64,000 bases of DNA from Curvularia clavata. Lineage: Eukaryota. The notes under the pieces are model-generated. The model worked only from the letters and a program-made list of their open reading frames with translations. It searched no databases and was not told the DNA's origin. This document shows, one piece after another, positions 35,933 through 47,800 of the stretch; position 1 is the first letter of the stretch, and each line of letters starts with the position of its first letter. The position numbers and the translations under genes are program-made. Location of the stretch: assembly GCA_023920165.1 (NCBI GenBank), contig CP089279.1, forward strand, positions 310,001-374,000, written 5' to 3'.

Positions 35933-36648
35933 AGTTTGGATGCCGCCTTCATGGTCTCTTTGGTTGCGCATGTTCTTTCGACACGATGTTGACGAAATTT
36001 TTGTTACTCTGCGGGATATACATGCGTCTTTGTCTTCTATACGGGCTTCTCTTCGACCCGTCGTCTTTCATTCGCACCAACAGTGTTGATGAATGCTTGT
36101 TTTAAACTAGGCGTACGGGAGTCCAACTGCCACTGCGGTCACTCGGGCGGCCGTTTGTTGTTGCCTGCATTAGCCCGATAGTAATCGTGGTGCGGTCAGC
36201 TTTCGTATATTTGCAGGCCAGTGTGGGTTTGCTTTTTTTTCATGTCGTTAACTTACTTTTTTTCTTGGAATGGCAAGCGGTACATTTTCATGCCACATGA
36301 GCTGTCCTCCAGTAACATGGAGTTTTTGATAAACCTGCTTCATCCCAGCAATTGCACAGTAATGATGATAACCATGATGAACAACGTGATGTTAGCTAGC
36401 AGCTTGAGTCGCGCTAGACGGAACCCTGCCTACCTGCGCATTAGCGGACGGCTCCCGCCCACCCCACCTGCATCTGTACATCGACTCACCTTCTCCAACC
36501 ATATGACCACACACGTTCTCAAGGTGCACCTAAACAACCCACCAAATAGCCATGAGCTGCACGTGAACTGCCCCCGACAGATGGTGGGCACTAGACGTCT
36601 ATCACACGCCCCGCAAAATACAACCACTTGGTCGCAAACAGACAAAAC

Positions 36649-39600
36649 ATGGAGAACCACGACGTACCCGATGAACCAGCAGCGGCGCCACCGCTCGTGC
36701 CCCCAATGGTTGACCAGGCCGAGCTGATTGGAAACTCAAGCGGCGATTTTCCCGTCATCGAAGCTGAGCCCGAAGAGGAGCTTGACCTGCCCCTCGATAC
36801 CGCCGAACAGCAGCGATTGCTGGTCGACCAGGACGAAAACCAACCCCAGGCTGGACCTCCTCTCACATTGCCCGCGCGCCCAGGCCTACAACGAGGCAAT
36901 TCCGTTCCTACGCCTGCACCACACCTTCCACCCCCTGCACCGCCGGGACCGCCCCCAGATACCCCGCAGAACGACTCGCTTTCGCTGGCGCAGCTGCAGC
37001 ACCTCGTCCGAGGCATACCTAAAGTCGAGCCTGCTCCTTACGCATTCAACTACGACGATGCTTCGTCTTTTGAAGAGGAGCTGGAGGAGTGGTTCTCCTA
37101 TGCAGTGGAAGAGCAGGCCATGCTGCTCAAGACACAGGCATCGTATGCGTTGGAGTGGAGCGCATTCCATGGGCTGAGCGACGCAGCAGAGGGCGAGGAC
37201 GGCTTGGACTGGGCCTCTGCTGCGCCATCGCAACGCAAGGATTTCGTACAAAGCTTGCTTGCAGGATTGAAAGAGACGGAGCCCACATCAAGGCTCAAGA
37301 AGCTTGAGGCGTTGCTCTACGTTCTTCTTGGGTGCTGGTACGAGAATGCAGGCCTGTCTGAACCAGCTGCCGATAGCGAGACACCGCCAGGCCAAGAGCC
37401 GAGCGCGGCCCAAGCACGCAACGCCGCATACCTCAAGTCAGCGAGGCAAGTTGCGCTCATCAAGCGCAATGTGCGCCTATTGGTGGAGTGTGGTGGGGTG
37501 CAGAGCCTCGTAGACACCCTCGACGCTTCGTTCCGGAGAGCATGTGGGATTGACGTAGTACCTGACGTGCAGCGCGACTCAAAAGAAGCAGAGCGACGCG
37601 AGATTTGGTGTGCCATGACGTCCGTCTATGTTGTCCTGGAAGTTGCGCGCGACGAGGAAAAGACTGGAAAAGGCATTGCACTCCGAAGTGTTATTCTCAA
37701 TCTGAAGAAACCAAGCCTGCTTGTCCTGTTTGTTGATATCATCGCAAAACTGAGGTGGGATGAATCAATCAATCTGCCACTTTGCAAGATCTCTCTGTTG
37801 CTATGGAAGACGATGCTTGTGACCTTCGGCGGCTTAGCAGAGGTCGAAAAGGTCAAGGAAACATTTCGCGACACCAGTCTTGGATCAGAGGATTCCAGAG
37901 GGCAACCGCTCATCACCGCCTCACCTCTCGACTATCACCTCTTCCGACAAGAGATAAGCTCAAAGTATCCAGCATACAATCCTCCGCCGCCGCTCTTTCC
38001 CCTTGAACCAGAAAACAACTCGATATTGCCACCACTCAAGAACCATCCCAACAAAGTTGCTGGCAATCACGTTTTTGGGTCTGGGCTTGGTGATACAACC
38101 GGCAATACCACTTCTATCCTGCATCAGCCAGTTCATATCGCGACCCCCGCGCCTTCGCCCCCTCCTTCTCCTGCCGGTCCTGGTGGCAAAGGCGGCAAAA
38201 AGCAGAATTACCAGACCAACCAGATGTTTCCTTTTCTATACCCACCGCTTGACGAGTCGAGCAACAAGCTGGGTGGAAAAGGTTCAACTGACCTGCAGGA
38301 CCTCCTTGTTGGCCGGAAATGGGAAGGCTCAGACATCCCTACGTCAATTATGGAGGCTGCAGAGCTCTTTGCAAAGCGCATGAAAGCTACTCGTGCCATG
38401 AAGCAGTTGTGGGAGGAACGCGTCGCTTTCATGAAGTATGAGCGGGGTTGGACAGGCCCTGATGACCATCCTGATGTTGAAGAACTATCGCTCGAACCAA
38501 AGGAAAACCAACCCAAGAAGCAACCGCCTGCTCCTGGTAGTGTCGAGGAGAGATTGCAGCTCGTCGAGGACTTTTACGTAAGTATCACCCAAAACTGTTC
38601 ACAGTGCTCGAGCTGACTATTTCGTAGCGTGTCGCATTGCCCAATCTTCAGTCGTTGATCATTGTCCTCATCAAAGCAATTCTCGCTCACGTAACAGCAC
38701 TAGTCACGCAGGCAAGCGGAGCCAACGGACTTCAGAGTGGATTTCAGTTTCAAGACAACCAGAACGGTACGACGGCTGGGCGACCCGACATGAATGGTAT
38801 GAACGGCCATGGCGGCACGCTAGCCACAAACGAGGAACTAGATGCCATGCGAACTCAGGAGGTGCTAGACAAGGCAGTCACCGGTACACTAATTCTCATC
38901 CTCAAGTGGTTCAAAGTCTCGCACATCTTGAAGTTTGAGTACATTACTCAGCTGCTTGTTGATTCAAGCTACGTTCCTCTGATCCTGAAGCTGCTGCAGC
39001 TTCAAGAGGTGGAAAAGATTGTCAACTTCAGGAGCGAGCAAGAGGAGCTCAACTTTTTCAACTTTTGCCGCTCCCACTCCAGAAATGCGACTGAAGACGA
39101 GGCCAATGCACACCACCAAGGAGATATGCACGCAGCAGAGTCGGATGAGGACGATGCCATCCCACCTCCGATCCGACGTTCCAGACAAGACTCGAATGGG
39201 TCGGGCGTCGAGCCATCTACTCAGATACAGCCTCCAGAGGTGGACGAGCTGGGCTTTCCGACCAATGAGTTGCCAAAAGAGCCCATTACCAATTTCTCCT
39301 GGCGCGCATTCTTCACATCGATCAACTACTTGCGCATCATGCAGAAGATCTGCAAAAACAAAGCGCATCGCAACCTCATGCTTGTATCATACAAGTCATC
39401 AACATATCTCCGCAAGAGCCTCAAAGTGCCGCAGCCAGAGTTGCGCCTGTACACGCTCAAACTCTTCAAAAATCAAGTTCCATACTGCGGTCGTAAATGG
39501 CGGCAATCCAACATGCGCGTCATCACCGCTGTGTATCTGCATTGCAGACCGGAACTCCGTGACGACTGGTTGGCGGGAAGCGACGTAGATGCCGAAGTCG

Positions 39601-39815
39601 ACGAGAGTGTACCGCTTGAGCAAGCCCTGCGATCGCTGACGCACTGGCACAATCTTAAGCGGTATTCAGAAAGCTTAGGCGCTAAGCCTGGCGTCCTGGA
39701 AGAAGAACAAGACTTTTTCCGCAACGAGCTCGAGAAGATGGATTGGGGCGACGAAGGCGTCAATGAAGGCGAGATGGAGCAGAGCTGGCAGGATCTTCAG
39801 ATGGAGGGTTGGTGA
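36649..39815 (+). CDS. FAR11: STRIPAK subunit Far11/STRIP (HAM-2/PRO22 homolog)
   Basis: Motifs FEEELEEWFSY, PTSIMEAAELF, LKWFKVSHILKFEY, KNKAHRNL, YCGRKWRQSNMRVITAVYLHCRPELRDDWL and EQALRSL. Intron 38578-38627. Confidence 0.93.
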
Positions 39816-40780
39816 GCATCCTGCACGCCGGACCCTGCGTCGTCATCCTAAAGCGCATATATCTTAATCCTCTGATATCCAACAGGACAGCATATTGATG
39901 TTTCGTACAGGCGATGCCAACCAGAAACAACTTCTCAGGCGTTCCATGCATCAGCTGCATCCCCGCGGGGGAGCCGTTCGTAGTGAGAAGACGGCGAGGT
40001 CGAATTCTGCGCCCACAAGTTCATCATCAAAGATAAGAACGCGGTCTGGATCCAGCGCATCAAGACATGTGCCTTCACAAGATATCCACATAGCACTCCA
40101 GGAACTCGTCAAGGCGTCGACGGAAGAGGCTAGCGACGAGGATGGTCGTGAAGCAGCCAGAAGTGAAGCAAGGAAAAATAGCTACAGGCGGAGGTATTAT
40201 TCCTTTACTTCTGGGTTAGTGGACACAGAGGCGACGAGTAGGGTCAGGCGTGAGCGGAGGACGAAAAGTAGTGGAAATGCCTGTACTTTGAAGCAAGCAT
40301 AAAGGGCTGTGATCCCATATTCGCTAGCCATGGATTCAAGGATACCCGTAAAGCATTTAGCAGCAATAGACTTGAGCGAATCTAGACATGTACATTTTCA
40401 ATGTTGCGATGATTCATGAATAGACTGGGAAGCAGGTGGACGATGGACGATTAGTAGATATTCTATGTAGATGCCGCGGCGTTTGTAAAGTCGAGGCCAG
40501 GACAGTCGTTCCGCCAATCAACCGGCCGAGTATCCGGCTTACCTGGCGAATGAAGAAGGGCGGGCCGCATTTCCTGACTCGGTGTGGCACTACCCCGAGC
40601 TTCGTTCCCCACGGCTGCGGGTTAGTTCGAGGTCATCGGCATCTGCTCCATCTCCGGCTTTAACCTTTCGATTCCCTCTCGTCTTTCTGCATTGCTTGTG
40701 TGCAGCTTCATTGCGCTTGTTGCTTCGTTTTCTTTGGATTAATATAGAGAAATCTGCACAGACAAGAGCATAACAACACC

Positions 40781-42452
40781 ATGGCGAAGGTTTTCGATTA
40801 CGCCGAAGGTCCGTCGCAATGATGTTCAACACACCGGTTCCTGAGAGCTAACTTTCAAAACTAGTCGCAAAGCACAATACGGCTGAAAGCTGCTGGGTGA
40901 TCCTCTACGGCAATGTCTACGACGTAACGCGCTTTCTGCCCGAGCACCCTGGCGGCTCCAAAGTTATCCTTCAACTTGCGGGCAAGGACGCGACAGAAGA
41001 GTACGATCCCATCCACCCGCCAGGCATCCTCGAAGAAAACCTCCAGCCTTCCGACAAGCTGGGAACAATCAACCCAGACACTCTGCCAAAGGAGGAGAAA
41101 TCACCACAACAAACAGGCGAAGCTCAGGCAGAAGGACCGGTGGATCTGGACAGTCTTCTGAACCTGGACGAGATAGAAGAGGTGGCGACGAAGCAGATTC
41201 CGTACAAGGCGTGGGCTTATTATTTTTCCGCGAGCGACGATCTACAGAGCAAGTCCTTCAACAACACCGTATACAGAAGCATACTCCTCCGACCACGGGT
41301 TTTCGTCGACTGCACACGTTGTGATACCTCGACATCCTTGATTGGCAACAATGTCAAGCTCCCGATATATGTTTCGCCCGCTGCCATGGCGCGGCTGGCG
41401 CATCCAGACGGCGAGTGGGGAATAGCCCAAGCCTGCGAAAAGTACGGCGCCATGCACCTCATTTCTCAAAACGCGTCCATGACACCCGAGCAAATTGTCG
41501 CCGACGCAAAGCCCGGGCAGGTCTTTGGCTGGCAACTCTATGTTCAAAACGAGCGGCAGAAGAGCGAAGCCATGCTCGCACGCATGAACAAGCTCGACTG
41601 CATCAAGTTCATCTGCCTCACACTCGACGCCCCCGTGCCAGGGAAACGCGAACACGACGAGCGCAGCAAGAACATTGGATCAAATCTCCCTGTACGAGCT
41701 GCAGTGCAGGAATCCTCGAGCGTTAGCAAGACATCGTCCGAGGCGAAAACCCCAACTCAAGCCGCCGAAAAGGAGAAGCCCAAGTCAATGGGTGTAGGCC
41801 AATCCCTCTTCTGGGGCACAGCCGCAGATCTAACATGGCGCTCTACTCTCCCCTGGCTCGCAAAACACACCTCCAAACCCATTGTACTAAAGGGCATTCA
41901 AACGCACGAGGACGCGTACCTAGCTTCCCTCCATGCTCCGCACGTCAAGGCCATCATCCTGTCGAATCATGGTGGCAGAGCGCTAGATACAGCACCGCCG
42001 GCTGTCCACACGCTACTCGAGATTCGCAAGTACTGCCCTGAAGTCTTTGACCGCATCGAGGTCTGGGTCGACGGCGGTATCAAGCGCGGGACCGACGTGG
42101 TCAAAGCGCTGTGTTTGGGCGCAAAGGGCGTGGGGATTGGGCGCGCGGCGTTGTTTGGGCTTGGAGCTGGGGGCAAAGAGGGGGTGGAGAGGGTGCTTGA
42201 GAGTAAGTTTTTTTTTTTCTTTCCATTTGCTTCTTCCCCCGTTCGCTGGGGGGTTTTTTTTTTCTAGAATGAATTTGTTTTGCTAACGCCAGGGTTGTAG
42301 TTCTCAAAGCCGAAACGGAAACTTGTATGCGGCTCTTGGGCGTGGAGAAAATTGAGCAGTTGGGCATGCAGCATATTAATACGAGGGCGGTGGAGAGGGA
42401 TATTTGGGATGGCCCGGTGTTGCAGAGGGGGGACGTGAGGGCGAAATTGTAG
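40781..42452 (+). CDS. Cytochrome b2-like FMN-dependent alpha-hydroxy acid dehydrogenase with C-terminal PTS1
   Basis: Cytochrome b5 domain ([14 protein letters not shown]) plus FMN domain ([23 protein letters not shown]). Introns 40809-40864 and 42203-42300. Ends ...DVRAKL-stop. Confidence 0.9.
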
Positions 42453-44740
42453 GTTTGTGGAAGAAAAGGGCTTTGTGCCAAAAAAAATTCTTGTGTCGAT
42501 GAAAAGGATGAAGTCACGGCTTGGTGTGTAGTTTAATTGTCCATATATTCCTATCTGCGTGACTGACTAGCGAGTGAATGTTCGATATGCGTTGTGCAGT
42601 CTGACTCGATTGGGAAAAGAGGGAGGCGGAAAGTCAACTATTGGCTACTTTTGCTACGTACTGACGAATGAGAGGCACGTGCCGGCGTGATTTCTGAATA
42701 GAAAGCGGCTTTTCTGTTCCTAGGATGTGGATCTACTGTCTTTCTTTGCTTTTCATCTCGCTGGCCTGTGAGACTTTACGAGTAGAGTTGAACTGTTTCA
42801 CGTGGCGGATGTTTTTTCGCGGCCGTTACTGTTGCGATTTGAGTTGTGAATGGGTACTACGGAGAGTGCGCAGATATCCTAGTTGGTTTTTGGTTTTCAT
42901 TTCTCCATCATACATCTTTCGGTGACGAACGCTAATTCATTGTCCTTTTTCATGCGTTTCCTACTTGATGCTATGGATGCGTGTGTCACGTGGGGTTGGC
43001 ACATGAATTAGCTGCCTTTTGACTTCATTCCTCTGTCACACGTCCTTCGGTGACGAAGGCCAATCAATCCGTGGATCTCTTCACGCGTTCGTTCTCTTTG
43101 AACCATTCGACATACTTGAGCTGCAGATGCTGTATCGCGTGCACTTCATTTATCTGGCCCGCAATGCTTCATGGCTGGAGCCAAACTGCTGGTCCGTATA
43201 CGCGTGATGTCTTTCCTAGACCGTTGCTGTTGCCGCCGCTACGTGATGCCGCGGATGAGTGCGGCAGAGAGTTTGCAAATGAACTGGACACCTCCCAATC
43301 CCTCTTCCACACGTACTTATGCATACGCACATGGAAGCCTACTTGTCAATTTGATACGCGTACCCACTACATACTCGTCTGAGAATCCTGCATACAGTTT
43401 CTGTGGGCGAGGTAGGTGCGGAGTTTAGGTTCTGTGTTGCACAAACTACGTGCAACAAAGTCATTTTTTTTTTGGCCCTTACTCGTAATTTGCTCCATGT
43501 GCAGTGGGGTGAGGTGTGACGAAATCTTACGGTAACCTTCAATTAAAGCTTGTTTGCGGCTTACGGTTGATCGTTCGCTTCCAGGGTGGTGTGTTTCATG
43601 ATCAATTGATGATGTGCAGCAGGCTTACATACACAGAGCCAGACGGTTGGGTAGTCCCACAGCGGGACAATGATTTGCATGTGAAATTGCGGGCACGGGT
43701 TGAGTGCAGTGGATACTACTTGGGTCGTGGTTTACGTATGTACATACGTTGCCCGGAAGTTGGAATACGTACATGTGTCTGCGAGTTTCAGAACAATTGG
43801 TCCTTTTTGAACAAAGAAAAACTGTATACTTCTATATGGTATCTTAACAAAAGAAAGAAAGCCCTCTCCGAATAATTCTATGTATAATGCCCACTTGGAG
43901 AACCGCCCGCTGGGCGTTGCCACGAGGCAGAAGGAACAAGTAAACGACGGAGATGAAATGCGCAACCAACCGTCGCACTAATCTCCACCATTCCTTTGCG
44001 AGAACCTCAAACGTACCAACCGCCCTTGCCCCCTTTGTCCTCGCGATTTCACAAATTCCAGCCCGTTGGGCCAAACGGTTCCCAATCAGCCTTGATGGAA
44101 ATTTAACGCCCCAACCAATCAAAATGTGCGCAACACCCACACGCTATGAGGGAGATTCGAAACCGCGGGACAAGCGGGCTCGTTGTTGGCCTCGTTTGAA
44201 TGTATGCAATTCCATGACAACGCGTGCGGCGGTAGCTTTGCATATGCACTCTCTATCTCCTTCCTGCTTGGGGTTTTGCCGCGATCCTGCCGCTGCGCTG
44301 TTGCGTAGAATAGCTCTAACTCCTTGGCGCTTTTCCCATCTCTTACACGCTTGAAAGTCTATAGCGTGGGGTGATTGTTCCTTTTATTTATTTTTCTAAT
44401 TTTTTTGCTGATGGTGCGTCCCGCGCGACGATGATGGATAAGGTTGTTGTGATGAAAAAAACTTTAGCCCTGAAATGAAGCGAAATAAAAGGGGGTGAGT
44501 TTGATGATGATGGTGACCTGTCCTAAGGTCAGTTCATGGTCCGGAGGTAGCCGGGTAACGCCGAGATGATCGGAAAGCACACGCTTCGTATAAAGCGGGG
44601 GAGTGTGACACAGTGTGGCTGTGCTGAAGGATCCTTTGCTTGTTGCTCGAACAATTTGATGCTGCGTACCTTTGATGGAGTTTGACATGGCTCGGCTCGT
44701 CTGAACAGCGCATTCCACCTCTTTTTCGGTCTTGCTGGAT

Positions 44741-44884
44741 TTAATGCTCTGAGTGGATAGCACCTGTGCCCTCACAAATGGTACATTGTTTTGTGCCTGT
44801 TCGTTTGCAGCATGGTCCGCCTTTGCCGTGACATGTGTCGCACTTGACGGTGCCGTTTCCTCTGCACTCGGGGCAGTCCTTCAT
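44741..44884 (-). CDS. 47-aa stand-alone DnaJ-type (CxxCxGxG) zinc-finger microprotein
   Basis: My translation: MKDCPECRGNGTVKCDTCHGKGGPCCKRTGTKQCTICEGTGAIHSEH*. The ATG has A at -3. TATA-like elements lie at 44998-45003 and 45205-45211 on the minus strand. Confidence 0.75.
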   Translation of the reverse strand: MKDCPECRGNGTVKCDTCHGKGGPCCKRTGTKQCTICEGTGAIHSEH

Positions 44885-47800
44885 CTTGGCGTATTTGACC
44901 GGATCGGACGGGCGGGACTGGATAGCCGGAATGGCACAGGAGCGTACGAGGCGACTTTTGAGGGTTGAAAAATACGGAATTCGAGTCCTGGGAGAGGCTT
45001 ATAGACGGTAGATCTGGGAGCTGAATGGAATGAAATGAGCGACAGGAGAGAGTAAGGGGCGCGAGAGAGTTATCAAGATGTCGTTGTTGATCCTGATTTA
45101 GGAAGCAGTGGTCATCATACGAGCAGAACGATGAAGGCGCGCTTTCTGCCTCAAAACAATGCCAGCCTGATTCGCAGCGCTCCCTGTCCAGCGCCGCCCA
45201 AGCCTTTTATACAATTTTGCATGGATTTTTTTTCAGGCCCCGCGCCCACGCGTTGCCCTCTTAGCCAGCACCGTAATCTCACATAGTAAAGCAAGCTCCC
45301 ACGCGCAGCCCCCCCGCGTGCGTGCGCGCCAGCACCGGCGACTATCCGGGCGTCGTCACGATAACCAACCGCCCCCGAGCGTCGCGTGGGCGGGGGTGCG
45401 AGTTACATCGCTGACAAGGGTTATTTGGTTTGACATACAGAGGCACCCAGTTGTAGCGTTTCTGAGTCCCATGTTACCATGTTGGACGTGTGTAGAAGGT
45501 GTGATGTCAATGTGCATGTGTAAGAGAAAAGCAAGTTCAACGAGCCAATTCGCCTTACATACTTCTTAAGCGCCTGTTCTCATTATCGTTCCATAGGTCA
45601 TGTTTCGAATCTTTCACGTGTATCTTTCTCTTTCCCCTCTCCCCTTCTCTGCGTCTGCTTCACGCGCGCGGGGTTGCGAGACAGGGGCTTCCATGATTTT
45701 CCTTGGCTACTAGACAGCCGCTGCTATCGTGACCGACTGCAACGTTGCCGACTAACAAACGTTGCTGGCTGAGCCGCCACACCCGGACTGCCTTTCCCTG
45801 TCCAATTGCAGTCAACTCTCTAGCCCAGAACGTCAGAATTGCGGTTACATGGCCGCTCGTAACGCACGCAGCAAACTCCAAGGAACTCGGGTCCAGCCGT
45901 TGCGGATAGCTTCTAGCGCGTTCGATGTCAAGAGTGCGCTGCTACAGACAACACACCATGCGCTCTTCGCACCCTACACCCGACGTCATCTGAAACACTG
46001 AAGAAAACATCCGACAAGGCTCCAAGGCAGACTGATCTGACTTAATTTTGGGGGGCAACTCGGCTCTTACTTGTCCAGAAAGGGGAATGCTTGTTCTTGA
46101 ACGCTGACTGGTCTAAATAGAAGCATGGGCCTACGTATGCCTGGCTTACTACAAGGCACAGCATGTCACAAGCACGTGGCAGCGGTCTTGCGAGTAAGAT
46201 GAGGCGATGTGGTGTAAGTACATATATGTAGGGCTGAGAGATTGGCTGGCGCGCCTTGTTTCATTGCTGGGTGGGGTCCAAGTACGTAAGCCGATCATGC
46301 CGCTGGACCAAAACATGTACATCTACATAGTACCACTCACTGCTTTGTCCTTGGCCGTCAAACCCAAATCCTAGGATCAGTCGAAGTATAACAATGAGCC
46401 ACGACTGAGCACCTTCCAAGACTCACGACCGTGCATACGAATTGTATTCATACGTGGCTACGAGGGGTTCCCTTGCTCTCGCTCGTCTCACCTTGGCCGA
46501 CCGCGACCGTTGGAGAGCCTGGTGGCTAGTTCCGTGCGCCACTTTTTTTGTTTTCACTGGAAATAAGTCCTCTTTTTTGCTCATCAACATACGACTTTGA
46601 CATTTACGTAGTCTGCCTTACTCGGGTGTGCGCTTGCTTCGCCCCTTGATCATATCTAATTTAATGCGAAGCAGACCATGCCCACAGCATGGGTATGAGA
46701 GCATCGTCGGAGTCGACTGTTCTCAACAACTCATTGGAAACTCTACAGTGAGTCGAGAACTTATCTAGTGCTGACATGAGTAGAAGAAAACAAGCAAGAG
46801 ATTGAATTGCTGAGGTATGACAAGGCGTCTAGAACCACAATGAGTCATGGATAGTGATGAGGATGCCATGCTTTGAAGAAGTTACTTTAGGGCAATCAAC
46901 GTTGTAAGACAATAATTCCACCGAGAATACCTTGCTGAGTGAACCTGTTGAGCGAGATCAAGTATAAAAGCCTCCATGACTCCACATTTGTTACCTCATG
47001 GAATAGGAGAAGAAAGGTGAAGATGGCTGGAACAGTTCAAAGTCTGGGGAGGCAGAAGGCATCTACAGTCGTACTTTGATCTATGAGGGTACTACTTCTA
47101 CTCTTTGAACTTGGTAGAAACGACTGCAAGGCATTTTTTCTCGCACTCGTCCTGGCGTGATGACGAAAGAGTGCATGAGACTTTCCCTTTGTCCTTGAGG
47201 GTGTACAATGGAGCTTTTTACTCACCTCTAGTGTTAGAAAGACTGATGCAGGTCTTTATTTGGACTGAATCAGATACTTTAGTCGCATATAGCCTTCGAG
47301 GTGCAGTTCCAAGTGTTAGACTGTCAGTCTGATTTAGATAGCGCAAGAATAGACTAGAGTGGACCACTTGTAAACAGTCATATATTCACGGGGCGAATTG
47401 CAAGCAAGCCTCTCTAGCGATTACCGAGTTTTATTGCCCTATTCTCTCTCTTGCTTACTGACGAGAGCAAGACTAGGGTGAACAGGGCTGGATTGGCCTA
47501 AACTGGGCTAGACTCTGATACCGAGCGGCTGCAAAATTCTCTCTTCAATTGTCAAAATAGCGTACGGTGTTTGAGAAAATTTATAGTTTAAAGCATGTGA
47601 CACTTGTCTGCACTTAAGAAGATCCGCAACCGAAAAACAAATATTGGATTATCTTATTGCACTAATACAGACATGCAGGGATACAAAACGTGTAGGTGTC
47701 ACCCATATTGGGATCTATAGATGCTTATAAAGCAGAACAATACTTTTCTCCTTTCTAATCTTCTATCTCCGGTTCGCCTACAGCAACTAAAAATTTGGAT

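Noticed and set aside
44140..44240. T-loop-like GGTTTCGAATCTCC on the minus strand
   Set aside because: No acceptor, D or anticodon stems could be formed.
44464..44775. 103-aa GTG-started ORF from the track
   Set aside because: Out of frame with the Cys-motif microprotein, which explains the locus better. Most of it is probably 3'UTR.
47020..47330. Faint TPR-like peptide (KSGEAEGIYSRTL)
   Set aside because: Too short, interrupted by stops and not repeated.
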